The translations under genes were made by a program, and so were the position numbers. A DNA stretch of 61,199 nucleotides, the filler included, from Platydemus manokwari (taxonomy: Eukaryota), in assembly GCA_037951405.1 (NCBI GenBank). It is 5 parts of 5 records of this genome, joined end to end, with 100 filler letters (N's around TTAATTAATTAA, not from the genome) between each part and the next. Parts side by side here need not be neighbours in the genome. Positions count along the whole stretch, not along the records: positions 19,712 to 29,413 come from JBBMOY011215100.1; positions 29,514 to 38,232 come from JBBMOY011360649.1; positions 38,333 to 51,734 come from JBBMOY011739175.1; 2 more parts are not named here. One strand, written 5' to 3'. How positions within the stretch are numbered: the stretch's first letter is position 1; every line of letters starts with the position of its first letter. Shown one piece after another: positions 26,177-38,499 of this stretch. Below the pieces are notes generated by a model that was not told the origin of the DNA, ran no database searches, and saw only the letters and a list, made by a program, of their open reading frames with translations.

Positions 26177-27393
26177 AGTGTTTTCTGAATGAATAATAGA
26201 ATAATAAATATTTTTCGATTCACAATATATTTTCGTTGTGCTAATAATTACACAATTCTAACGATGACATCATTTATTTATCAGTTTATTGTGCTTGTAA
26301 CTCAATATTGTCACGATAGTTTTAGACGTCTTGTATTACATTGGTCAGGTTACATTAATGATCTTCATCGATATATGTTTATCATTAATATTATATTTAA
26401 CAATTATTAGGATTGTTTAAAGTAATCTTTCTTCATCAATTGCAATAAAGATCCCTTAAAAATTGGCATGTATTGATTTTCTGAAGAATCCTCAATTTTG
26501 ACATGATTTAATAAATCTTTTCCATTTTGTCGAAACTCTGATTATTTATTATGTCGACAAATGTAAATGTAAAAGCTAAAAGTCTAACTTTCTTAATCGA
26601 TAATTAGATACTAAAATAAAAGCTTAAAATCAATATATTACACTGTTGATATAATTATTAATATAATCGATTATCAATCAAAGCTTTCGATTGTTTTTTA
26701 AAAGATATTAATTGAAAAAAAATGTCAAAAAATTTTAAACAACTCACCAGCAAACCATAAAAACTATCTTCAACAATAACAAAAATCAATGATATAAGTC
26801 CACTATTGAGCTTTTTATAGATTAAACAATATTTAGACAGTTTCTGCATCAATTACAATTACACATTTTCAAGAATCTATTTAAACATAGATTATGTATT
26901 CAACAATTAGTAATAGATTGTTGAAAACAGTTTATATTTGAAAGATATTAAAAATGTGAATACGAAATCAAAATTCAAAACAAAAATAGTACTTACATTT
27001 CAAACAAGATCGATAATAACAGTGTTTAAAACAATTTGTTTTGACGAAGACCAATTAATATAGCATTCAAAGTTTGAATATTTTGTACTGGAACACACAT
27101 TGAAATACACACGTCGATCGATCTGATTGGTTTGTTGTCTCATCACATCATTACATTTCCCATGGAAAAGCAGAGAAAAATTGGTGGTTGTTATGTAAAT
27201 ATAAATCTACAATTTTCTCGCTTTACGGTATTAGAGATTTGACTAATCAAATGTGGAAAGTATATATTGATTTTTCGTTGGATTGAAATATTCTCTTGGA
27301 CAATCTTTGCAGTTAGAAATTTAAAATAATCGTTTCCCCGAAAATGTTAGGGAAGAATTTGAATATGCTTACCGCTTAGTATCGAGAGAAAAG

Positions 27394-27411
27394 GAGAGAG
27401 AGAGAGAGAGA
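27394..27411 (+). repeat. (GA)n microsatellite
   Basis: Short GA run ~1.2 kb upstream of the PKA-R start codon. Confidence 0.85.
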
Positions 27412-28792
27412 AAGGTAAAACGATTAAACATTGGTTAATCAAAATCGATGTGTGTTAACATGATTTATGTAATGATGGTGTATTGTGCGATCGGTGTAGA
27501 ACTTTTATTTAAAGCATGTACAATTGGATTGGTAGATCATAGATGTTATTATAGACTTTGGGAATTTATTTAGAATATTTTGTAATGACTTATCACTATG
27601 TTTGAATTGGCGTCGGAATAAGCCGGAAACGGAGTTTGGAATTATTGTCAACGAGACGTTTAAGCTCGTTACAGATTGGCACGGGGATTATTTAGATTAT
27701 TACTATTGTTGTAATGACCTTTATAACGATATTGGTACAATATTTTTAGCAATTGTTGATCGATTATTATAATTAAATTTTACAATAATAATTATTTAAA
27801 GATTATTATAATTATTACACAGGATAAACAAAAATATTTTCTTAAGTACACAATTTTCATTCGTTGGAATTTATTTTTAAAAATACCAAAACATTAACAT
27901 TTGGCAAATAAAAAGTATTAAATATAGGATGATAATAATAATTATAAATATTATTTAATTATAGTTAATAATAAATATTTATTGAAAAATTGGCAAAGAT
28001 ATTTTAATAATACTAGCACTTGTTTGTCTATTAGTACAGGTGTATATGAGATCAACATCTGGCATATGAGTATCAATTAATTATCCGAACATTATAAACG
28101 TGTAGAGAAATTCATAGCGAACTTTGTTTCGGCAAATAGAGTACAAAACAATAATATGAATATAAATAAATTATATCTCTCTTTGCATACAAAAGCTCAA
28201 TCTCAATTTCTCTGCTGGATAATGAAGTCTATAATTTCTATGTATTATCAACCTCTGGCAGATTAAACTATGTGAATAGAATCACCTAGTTCGCTATTAT
28301 TCAAACGAGAATTATTTAATACGACCACAATTATTTTCCGATACAAACTAATAGCATGAAGTGTCACTCATCAAATAATGATGTGATTAATTGCAAACAA
28401 ATGTGTTATAGACGAAGAGATGATACATAAAAAAATTCATGATTCGATAATTCTCATACATTGATATGAATGGAACTGCATGGATATCGTGATATGAAAA
28501 TTACGTAGACGATTCTTTTGAAGATTATATCTCCAGTCAACTTTCGGATGAAAATTGTTTTAGTGCTCTATGATATACAAAAAGCATAAAATGTATTTGT
28601 AGGAAGAGCTTTTATTTGATTTTACAAATCACAATACGCATTAGTAAGCATCAGATTGATGATAGATATATCGAAGCTGCATTGAAAACATTATTCACAT
28701 AAGATGTTGAACAGTAAATCGAATGTTGTATTAAAAATTTACAAATAACATTTACTGTGAAATATGTGAAACAAGTCCGTTCCTATATTCCG

Positions 28793-29413
28793 TGTGGGCA
28801 TTTGAAATTGAATTAAAATTTATAAAGATTTATTTCCGTATAAAATTTTTGGTATGAAATCAAATTTATTTCTTTAAATAATTCTATTTATATATAATTT
28901 GATGTCGTGACTTTTCGGTTCGTTTTTCAATGTGTGATTTTTAAAATAGTGGCGGCTTTGATGGCAGCCACGAATCAGGATTCGATTCTGAGAAGATCAA
29001 TGAATGAAAATTATGGAAAAGAAGGAGAAATATGTTGAAATTATATAGAGAATAAATAAAGAAGATGTAGAGAAGATATAGAGAAGATGTAGAGAAGATA
29101 TAAAACAGGTAGAAGAACTAGGTTTTTTATGTAGATATGTGAGCATTCGATACAGAGCCAATTAAGTAAACAAGAAATATCAAAGATTTTAAAGAAAGAG
29201 GGATGTGAGCATTTTAAAATTGAATTAAAATTTTAAAGATTTTATTTTATATAATTTTTTTTATATAAAATCAAATTTATTTCTTTAAATAATTTTATTT
29301 GAATATAATTTGACGTCGTGACTTTTCGGTTCGTTCTTCAATGTGTGATTTTTAAAATAGTGGCGGCTTTGATGGCAGCCACGAATCAGGATTCGATTCT
29401 GAGAAGATCAATG
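28793..29413 (+). mobile_element. Tandem TRIM-like LTR element (LTR-internal-LTR-PBS..., cut by the gap)
   Basis: LTR1 28793-28961 and LTR2 29204-29372 (period 411). PBS-like TGGCAGCCACG follows both LTRs. PPT AAAGAAAGAGGGA at 29191-29203. Confidence 0.85.
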
Positions 29414-29513
29414 NNNNNNNNNNNNNNNNNNNNNNNNNNNNNNNNNNNNNNNNNNNNTTAATTAATTAANNNNNNNNNNNNNNNNNNNNNNNNNNNNNNN
29501 NNNNNNNNNNNNN
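29414..29513. other. Artificial contig linker
   Basis: 44N-TTAATTAATTAA-44N. Confidence 0.97.
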
Positions 29514-29877
29514 ATATTATGATAAAGCAGCTCAAGAGCTTTAAAAATATATATAACACATGTATATAAAACATCTTCATTTGGTAAAAAGGCAATTGGA
29601 CAAAATGATGTAGAAAATCGGAAAGAACTTTTGGTTCACCCTAATAGCATTATTTGTATTTCGATATATTCGAATCTTTACCTTATTGATAAATAAAATG
29701 AATTGATAACATATGCTTTTCATTTCGACCATTGATGCTATCGTTAGCTAACACTCCCATACTCGCTTCAATATTCTGGTTAGAATAATTCGACAAATTG
29801 AAAAACTTTCAAGAACTTAAAAAAAAAATTTGTGGAAATTTTGGAAATCACTTTTGATCAAGTGTCAAAGAGTTTGA

Positions 29878-30366
29878 GCGGAACTTGAAATAAATGATGA
29901 ATCTTTTATTATTATTTATCAACAAATTCAACAAGAAATAGAATGATTTGATATCACAATTTCTGTAACTATCTGGTTGCCATTGGATGTGGATAGAAGC
30001 TATGACAGAATTGAAATATGTGGTGATTATGGAAATATTGAGAAGAATATTGGTGATTCTATTAAATTGCACTGTTCTAAGGTTAGTGCAGTTGATTGAA
30101 ATAGCAGAGAGTTTGAATTCATCTCTAAGGGACTTATCAAATGGGAAACTGGTCTACCGGTGGTCACTCTGTAGGAATTGTCAATGATTCAATCAAAAAG
30201 TATTCAATTCATTCGACATGTACATGTATTCACAAGCTATGATGAACTTGTGCAGTGGACTAATAAGAAATTAAATAATACCGGCCATATGACATTGATA
30301 ATAGACTATGAAGATCATTTAATGGTAAAAGTCGAGAAGTTACTACATGTTATATCACCAAAATAA
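29878..30366 (+). pseudogene. Decayed reading frame of unknown origin
   Basis: One frame runs ~160 codons with 3 internal stops (ELEINDESF...WLPLDVDRSYDRIEICGDYG...KGLIKWETGLP...RHVHVFTSYDELVQW), fewer stops than expected in such AT-rich DNA. Confidence 0.4.
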
Positions 30367-31592
30367 CATGAAATTGACTAAATTATTTTTAATGGAAGTT
30401 TCAAGATAATTTTTGTTTTATTTATTAGAATATTTTTTTACTAAATTGAAAAATAAACTGTCTGAAATCGAATATCGAACGAAATTCAAAAATAGAATAT
30501 TTTCATTGAATTTCTCATAACATTTTGGGCTTGAAAGGAGAACTGCTTACCGTGACGGTTGCTTGGATGATTTTAGGTTCGGTCTTGGTCAAAATTAAAA
30601 ACCAAGTTAATTGATACGTTTAGAGACAGATCGTTAATTTGATGATTGTCTGCTGCCATTTTTGTCAACTGTCGTGTGAAATAATGGTTCCAAGATTCAT
30701 AATCTGGACATGAACGTCACACGATTACGTTCGTGGATCTTAATTAGTTTACTTTATAAAGGCTCTAATTAAAACAAAGAGAATTTCCGCGGTAAAATAT
30801 CGTAATCATTTCGATGTTCTGGCAGAGAAATGTTTTGTACTTAGTCAAATCGATTTTTATCGGTTGAAACAATTTTACATTTACTGAATTCAGTCAGCAT
30901 TAATCCGATTTTATTGTGGAAATATTTGTTTGAGAGTGAATGTTTTTCGGTGGCTTCTTGAAGATATGAGAAAGTTAAGCACATCGAAGAAATAATTTTA
31001 CTAGATATTTCCGTAGTATTCTGAAACAGTTCTAATATTTATATTTGATATCGTAACCATGGTTTCATCTAGATTTCAATATAAATCGAGACCATTATAT
31101 TATAAGCACAATGGCATGATAATTTTTAAAAATAATATCGATTTATTGAATTGACTTTTGGATAAAGTGGTTAATTGATTCGAGATTCTATTTCCGATAT
31201 GAGCGAATAGAAAAAATTCACGAAATCAATAAGTTTGATTTATCTTTTTTGACTCATCTTGTTCAGATGTCCTCAGAATTCTTAAACATTCCATTAAGGT
31301 CAACTGAATAAATTGTCGAAAAATAAATGTGAGCTGCGTAACAAAAATTTCATCTGACCTCTACTAATTAAGTTCAATCCGCTAAGTAAGCAGAGAAAAT
31401 CAGTGGATTTTTTCGAAAACCTTAATGTGACTCGATTGATTTAACATTTGGTGATTTCGTTTGAGTGACGAGATCATTTTTATGGAATTACCCTTCACAG
31501 TTGTTTCTTAGGACAACTTTTAAGGAAACAACAACACAGTGGATTTTAAAAAGCTCTTCATTCAACCTCAAAATTTTTTTAAAAAAAAAGAT

Positions 31593-31756
31593 TGTAAGCC
31601 GCCACTATTTTTAAAACCACACATTAAAAACGAACTGAAAAGTCACGATATCAAATTACATGTTTAAAAACAATTATTTAAACAAAATAATTTTTAATTT
31701 TATACAAAAAAATTTTATGCAGAATTAAATCTTGTAGTCATTTCAAAGTGCTCACA
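31593..31756 (-). mobile_element. Solo LTR of the TRIM-like family
   Basis: The reverse complement reads TGTGAGCAC...AAAATAGTGGCGGCTTACA. Flanks AAGAT / ACGAT form a 5-bp TSD with 1 mismatch. Confidence 0.85.
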
Positions 31757-32525
31757 ACGATCAAATATTGAGTTTACAAGCACTCAATGAAAACCAAACG
31801 TTATAAGATATTCAATGTTTTTAAATTTGATTACCGATTTGAAAACATTGGATAAATATTCTTAAAATAACATTAATAAAAATAATGATTGGCGAGATAA
31901 TATAAAGAAATTTTTCAATATCAATGAAATATCACAATCAATATTAATCGATCCAGAAATATGTCATTCGATTTGAGAAGTCATATGGATAAATTTAATT
32001 ATAAATTACTAAATATAAAAGTATTTTCTAAAACATTGTTAATTTAATTAAAATTTCACTGTGTTCCTAAAATGTTCCCATAGCATACGGATGATTACGT
32101 AATCAATATGTATATACAACATTAAGAAAAAAAAGAAATAACTAGTTGCAGTGTCGAGTCAGACGGATAGACAACACAAAGAAGTATTAGTGAGTAATCT
32201 ATGCAAATCGGCTTTATCGAGCACGTGTGTTTGAGTAACGATTTCAGTAGCCCCCGGCCCCTAGCGATTATTCATCACATTTGTCGAGCTGATATTTTTT
32301 GCAGACTTTACATTATATTCCACTCTTATTATTCATTTAGTTACCACCACATGTGTTTGTTTGTGTTCGATTATAATTCGAGGTACACATTTGTCCTCAA
32401 ATGCCCACCTTGAACATTACGACAAAATTCCCAATTATATGAAGTAACACAAAAACCTCAAATAAAACAACAATCGATACAATTACTTGTTTATCGCAAA
32501 AAACTGATACAATAACCACACATAC

Positions 32526-33078
32526 CTCTTTGATTATTTCCACTTGATCTTCATCATCATCTATTTCACCGTCCTCTTCTTCTTCGAGAATGCCTTCGAT
32601 TTTGAGAAAATCTCCACAACTGAATAAATCTTTATTTTTTATGGAATCTGGAGCAGTGAATTTTTGCGAGTTACTAGTCGCATTGGAGGAAAGACTGAAA
32701 AGAAGATGAAAAAACTCATGAATTTACAGATCGCTAATAGAATTTATTCCATTGATTTCATCATCAATTGGCATGGTGAATTTTTCAATGTGTTTTATTT
32801 TCAACTCACCCATGGTTATTGACGTTGTTGAATCGCTTTGGACTGATATAATTATGTAATGGCGACTGAAGGACTGTGGTAGCATATGGATGGATATATT
32901 CACCGGTGGAGGAAGGGATATTAACCGATAAGTCCATCATGTATGGAATTGGGTTTTTGATAGGAGGATTGGATGCAGAATATCGTCTGGCTACTTCCAC
33001 AAATATCGGTTCCGAGGCAGAATTAAAAACTTCTAGAACTTGTTCGTGAGATGCCGAAGATAGATCGATTCCGTTGAC
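32526..33078 (-). CDS. Two internal exons of a PDZRN3/PDZRN4/PDZD4 (Slip1-like) PDZ protein gene (partial)
   Basis: Exon 33078-32810 (cag| acceptor) encodes VNGIDLSSASHEQVLEVFNSASEPIFVEVARR..., resembling the PDZ C-terminal half of PDZRN3 as recalled ([32 protein letters not shown]). A GTGAGT donor and phase-2 intron lead to exon 32694-32526, an acidic linker ending EDQVEIIKE|GTATG. Confidence 0.8.
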
Positions 33079-34931
33079 CTGAACGATATGATTTGTTCAA
33101 ATTAAGTAGTAGTTGTGTATTTGAAATGTGATTGTTGTATTGATTGGCAGAGATCCAGATTGATTTTGCAAAATTTTCGATTCGAACCGTGATTGGCTGA
33201 TGGTAAAAGTGAGAAAGAGTTTGTCGACTAATGCAAAAACAGTGAAGACATGGTTTGTCATAATGCAACAATAAAATGGGTACATCGAAAAGTGTATTTT
33301 GGACTTGCTTTGTGGGTGAGGAACAAGATAATGTTGCTGCTTATGATTCATTAGTCTATTTGCGTGTTCTATCAAATGTATTTATGGGATCATTTCTATT
33401 TTAATCTTATTAGATAAATTTCCTGAATAAGTAACTACAACTGCTATAAGTAGGCGTGAGTATTGATGTTGAGCAGTATATATTGGGAAGATTATTTCAT
33501 TGCAGTAGACAATAAAACAATATATGAATGATTCTCAGATTCTATTAGACAATTCGAAAGTCTATTCCATGGCTTGTTTTACAAATATATTGATTTAATT
33601 AATGCTGTCAATAAATTTATCAATAAAACATTAATGAATTTATAATTCGAGATATTATTGTATTATTAATCAATAACTGCCTTTCAGTATTGGAAACAAT
33701 TATTAAAAAAAATCCACAGCCACGAGTAGTATCATAAAATCAATATATTTATTGATATCTCAATTTTATAAATTGCTCTCTTTCGAAATATGAAGAAAAT
33801 ATATTTCTTGTTAACTGTTTCTTATATCACTGTGGCTCTTCTCATTGATAAAGATTTACCATTGCTGCAACAAACGATAACTGATAAGCAAAATGACAAA
33901 ATAATGATGAGAATAAAACATGATTATTTTGGTAAAATTTTATCGATTACTAATTTAAAGGATGAGTAGGTTGTGATTATGGTGTTTGACAATTGACTGG
34001 CATGGAGATACTCATAAGATTGCGCGATCTATTGAACGATGTAGGTAGGTATGGCTTACACAGACGCCTATCAATGAAGTAGATTCGTCATATTTTGAGT
34101 ATGTGTGCTTGTATTGCGTTTAGTGCGGCACGCAAGATACCGTGTGAAAATTTAGAATCATGCTTGACTATTCTGTCTACCATCGATGGAGCTTGACGAC
34201 ATTTCATGATGGTGTAGTTGTCTCATTGAAATATAGATTAACATAATACAAATTTTCATTGTTCACTATTGTGACCTTTTATCAGCCAGCTGTCATTCGC
34301 AGATCATTCTCGATTTCAGTTCGCGCAAATGAAAGATGCTGAGACAGAGAAAACAAATAAAGGAAATAATTTACCGAAACAAATGATAAGAAAAACAATT
34401 ATCGTGATTATCCATAGTTACCAGATTGCATTTCTATTTATTTAAACAACGAAACTTGTTCAATGCCGATCAATTTTTATGTTTAATTATTTAGTTTTTT
34501 TTAATTTATTAATATAGATATTATTGGCGTAAAATAAGCGTTGTTAATTTCTCATAATTTCCTTGTCTCATCATCATTGAGTTCATTAATCAAGATTCAG
34601 ACCGAATTACAAAATAAATTTTTATTAAACGAATTAAAACAAATTGTTACATCGTTTTCCACTCGTATACCACATTACAGTTTTTATAAAGCGATTTATC
34701 GATTTTAAAATAAAATGAACGATGTCTCAATTCGTTGTGATGATTGGCCTTTAACTTAAACTACGAGACAGCTAATATTGATATTAATAATATTTAGAGA
34801 TAATCGAATTGAACCTCCTAGGTTTTCAAATGTTTTTCTTGAGATTTCGCAACACACACAACATGTTCACTAAACAAGATATAACCGATGAACTTTCCGG
34901 AAGTGGAATAAATTAATTTACTAGAAAATTT

Positions 34932-35504
34932 AGCTTAAGTTAAGAAAAGGGGTTCTTTGACCTACTTTCGTAATAATGAATTTTCGCGCGTTTTAATTTG
35001 ATAATTTAATTTCATATGTAATTGCGTTGTTTCAATTATTCGTACAATTCCATTTATAATTCAATTTTTAAAACTAAGTTCCCATTCTAATTACAACATT
35101 TATATATGATTGTTTAAGTTTTTAAATTATATAATTTTATAAATCGAGTTAGTTAACTATAGACAAGTTTAATAATATCATTGGTTATATTTATAAAAAT
35201 AATTTTAAAAATTGAGAATATCCCTCCATTTGATTCTAACGTTAAAAAAAGATTCCTCGCTAATTTTCAATAAATTGCAATTCGACCTACTTTGGTGTGT
35301 TTTTTAAATAATCAAACTTTAGGAGATTTTGAAGCTCTAGTGTATTTAATATTTGATTTCAAACAACTAAAATTCCTTTTAAATACTTAAATAAAAAATT
35401 CAAAATGTTTTTAGAGAATTTAATTAAATAAACTATATAGATTTTTGCAATACACTCAACAAATTTACAATTTTATTTAAGGACCCCTTTTCTTAACTTT
35501 AGCT
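34932..35504. mobile_element. Full-length MITE (573 bp), 8-bp TSD, possibly Merlin-derived
   Basis: ~26-bp TIRs AGCTTAAGTTAAGAAAAGGGGTTCTT and AAGGACCCCTTTTCTTAACTTTAGCT. Perfect TSD GAAAATTT at 34924-34931 and 35505-35512. Confidence 0.9.
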
Positions 35505-37620
35505 GAAAATTTATTTCGTATTGAAATTAATCGGAAATATCAACTCTTCATAATCAATGTTTTTATTAATCATTAATATTTCATTCGTCAGCACTCACCA
35601 TCAATATGATAAATATAGAAATTTTAAACAATATCAATATTAGTAGGTGAATATCTTTGTGTTGAATTACAAATATTTAAAAAATTTATTTTGTCTGAAT
35701 AATTGCCGCCCACGTATGAATAGGTTCACGAAAGCAAAAAACGTTGACTACCAGTTTGCAGCAGCTTGAAGCGCATGGTTTTTACAAATCGAAAAATATT
35801 GACAAACATAACTGATGCTCTAGTCAATCAATGGTGATGGTGGTGATGATAATGATAAATGTCATATTTGTAATATTATTCAATAAATATTTATCAATAA
35901 ATTATATATTCACAAGTGTTTCTATGGACTACGGTACCGAATTTGCTAATGATACCCATGATGTTTTGATGGCACATAATAAAGGCTAGGGATTAAAAAA
36001 AAATTGTGAAATTCCAAGAAACCGATCAACACCATGATGTTATTGAATTCCGCAGTCGAAAACAAGAACTCATTACATTTGCATACAGGCTCACATGTTC
36101 ATCGGTGCCTTTAATAGAATTACACTATTTTCAAGTTGCCGAACGATAAAAAACAAGATCCGACTTAGTCTATTGTTCCATGAGTCAGCATTGGAATGAT
36201 TCGGCGAGAATAAAAGCCTAGAATTATTTACTGTAAATTATATTTCTTTTCACTGAAAATCTTCTCCGATGATTGGAAAAATCACTCGTTCTGACACTCA
36301 TATAAAGCTTGAAAGACCCTATGAAAATTATTCGACAAAATATCGGATCCAACGAAATCTGATCAAATCAACTCATATATTGATTATGTGAGAATATACT
36401 TCTTTTCAAACCAATTCATCTTCTGTCGTTTATATAAAATCGATCTCCAAAATCCATAAAACTTTTAAGTATGTACCATTCCAAATAAATACAAAATAAT
36501 CGATAAGGTCAAGATTTTCAGTTTATTTTTCAAAACGTAAATGTCTTTGTTTTCATGTTGTTAAACAAAAATCGAATTCGGTTGATAAGCAAATAAACCA
36601 AAAAATAAAACACCAGAAAACATTTTGTTCTGCGAACATATATAATCCAGTCATCGGTTTATCGATCAAAAATCTAACAAAGAAATGAGATTACAAATTA
36701 TCACGTGACTTATTCAGACTGACGAGAAATACGATGCTAACTAGTTAGCGATGTACAGCACATCGTAAATGACTAAAAGCAATTTACAATAATATATAAA
36801 CAAATGAAAAATCAATAATATTAAAAATAAATTATTTCCTAATAATTTCTAATGATCAATAAAAACAAAATAAACAATTGCATTAGACGGATAAACAACA
36901 CATTATTTAGTAAACAACGTAAAATATTAAAAAAAAATAAATACGAATGGAAATAGGTGAGTTGGTAAATAATCGATTTCCAGAAAACATCGATATCGAT
37001 TAAATTCTATTTGTAAATAACCACAACTTAATTCCAATCCTATGTTTATAAACAATACTACTGTCGCTGTAAACCATGCTATTTTATTATATTCTGAATG
37101 GTATTGTTATGCCTCTGTTGACCATTGGCTCGATTACAATATAATTTATCCCATGGTAATTCGTATGATGGTTAGTCATCGTTATTTGAACTCTTTCTCT
37201 GATCTTTGTCATTGTTAATTGAAAGAGATATTTTAATTTCCTTTTATATGAACTTTAACAATACATATTGTTTCGATGGCACTCAGAATAGATTAATAAT
37301 TGATGCACTGAATCCCGTTGATGGGGAATGGATATGTCAATCAATTCATTGCTTACTATCTCTCTCATTAATTGTTTTATCTACAACTATAACAATAATA
37401 ACAATAATATATCCTGCTATCTATGTTTCAAAATATATTTTGTTTTAATATTACAAATCGCAATCGTCACTCTGGAACTAATTAAAACAACAAGAATTTT
37501 CGAAAGAAATGTAAAAATAAATCGATTTCGGCCAAATAAGAATGATAAATTAGTATGGTTCTCAATGCTGATAAAGGGTTGATATATTCCAGATGAATAT
37601 ATAATTTCAATCAATATTTG

Positions 37621-38215
37621 GGATTAAGTTAAGAAATTAAATCTTTAAACTTGCTGAATGTATTGCAAAATTCTATATAGTTTATTTAATTATATTATTT
37701 TAAAGCATTCTCAATTTTTTATTTAAGTATTTAAGAAGAATTTTAATTGTTTGAAATCAAATATTAAATACATTGGAGCTATAAAATCTCATAAAAGTTG
37801 TTTATTTGAAAAAACAGATCAAAGTAGGTCGAATTGCAATTTATTGAAAATTAGCGAGAACTTCTTTTTAACATTAGAAGCAAATTGAATGATATTCTCA
37901 ATTTTTACAATTATTTTATAAAAATAACCAATGATATTATTAAACTTGTCTACAGTTAACTAACTCGATTTATAATTATGAAAATTTAAATTTAAAAACT
38001 CAAATAAGTGATGTGACTAGAATAGAATCTTTGTTTACAACTGTGTTTTGTCTTTATTAGACATCTTAAAAAGTGAGATATTAACTGAATTACACGAATA
38101 AATCAAACACCCCAATTATATATATATATATATAATGAAGTTATAAAATTATCTCATGCGCGAAAATTAATTATTACGAAAGTAGGTCAAAGTACCCATT
38201 TTCTTAACTTCAGCC
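37621..38215. mobile_element. Full-length MITE (595 bp), same family, opposite orientation
   Basis: Ends GGATTAAGTTAAGAAA and TTTCTTAACTTCAGCC. Perfect TSD AATATTTG at 37613-37620 and 38216-38223. The body is largely the reverse complement of 34932-35504. Confidence 0.9.
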
Positions 38216-38232
38216 AATATTTGTATTTCATG

Positions 38233-38332
38233 NNNNNNNNNNNNNNNNNNNNNNNNNNNNNNNNNNNNNNNNNNNNTTAATTAATTAANNNNNNNNNNNN
38301 NNNNNNNNNNNNNNNNNNNNNNNNNNNNNNNN
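38233..38332. other. Artificial contig linker
   Basis: 44N-TTAATTAATTAA-44N. Confidence 0.97.
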
Positions 38333-38432
38333 TTAAATGTTCATCAGACAACCGTGACCTGTAGCAAGATTTTTGTCATAATGTTCGTGTGTTTCATAGT
38401 AAGCTTGGCAGGCCGTACTTTGGAGACCCCTG
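38333..38432. mobile_element. End of a hAT (Charlie-type) element, truncated by the gap
   Basis: Ends GGCCGTACTTTGGAGACCCCTG (reverse complement CAGGGGTCTCCAAA), followed by TTCTAATA. Confidence 0.6.
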
Positions 38433-38499
38433 TTCTAATATATAAATGTCAAAAAAGTTAAGAAATACTTCTGGTGGTTATCCTAGTGATGAGATTGGG

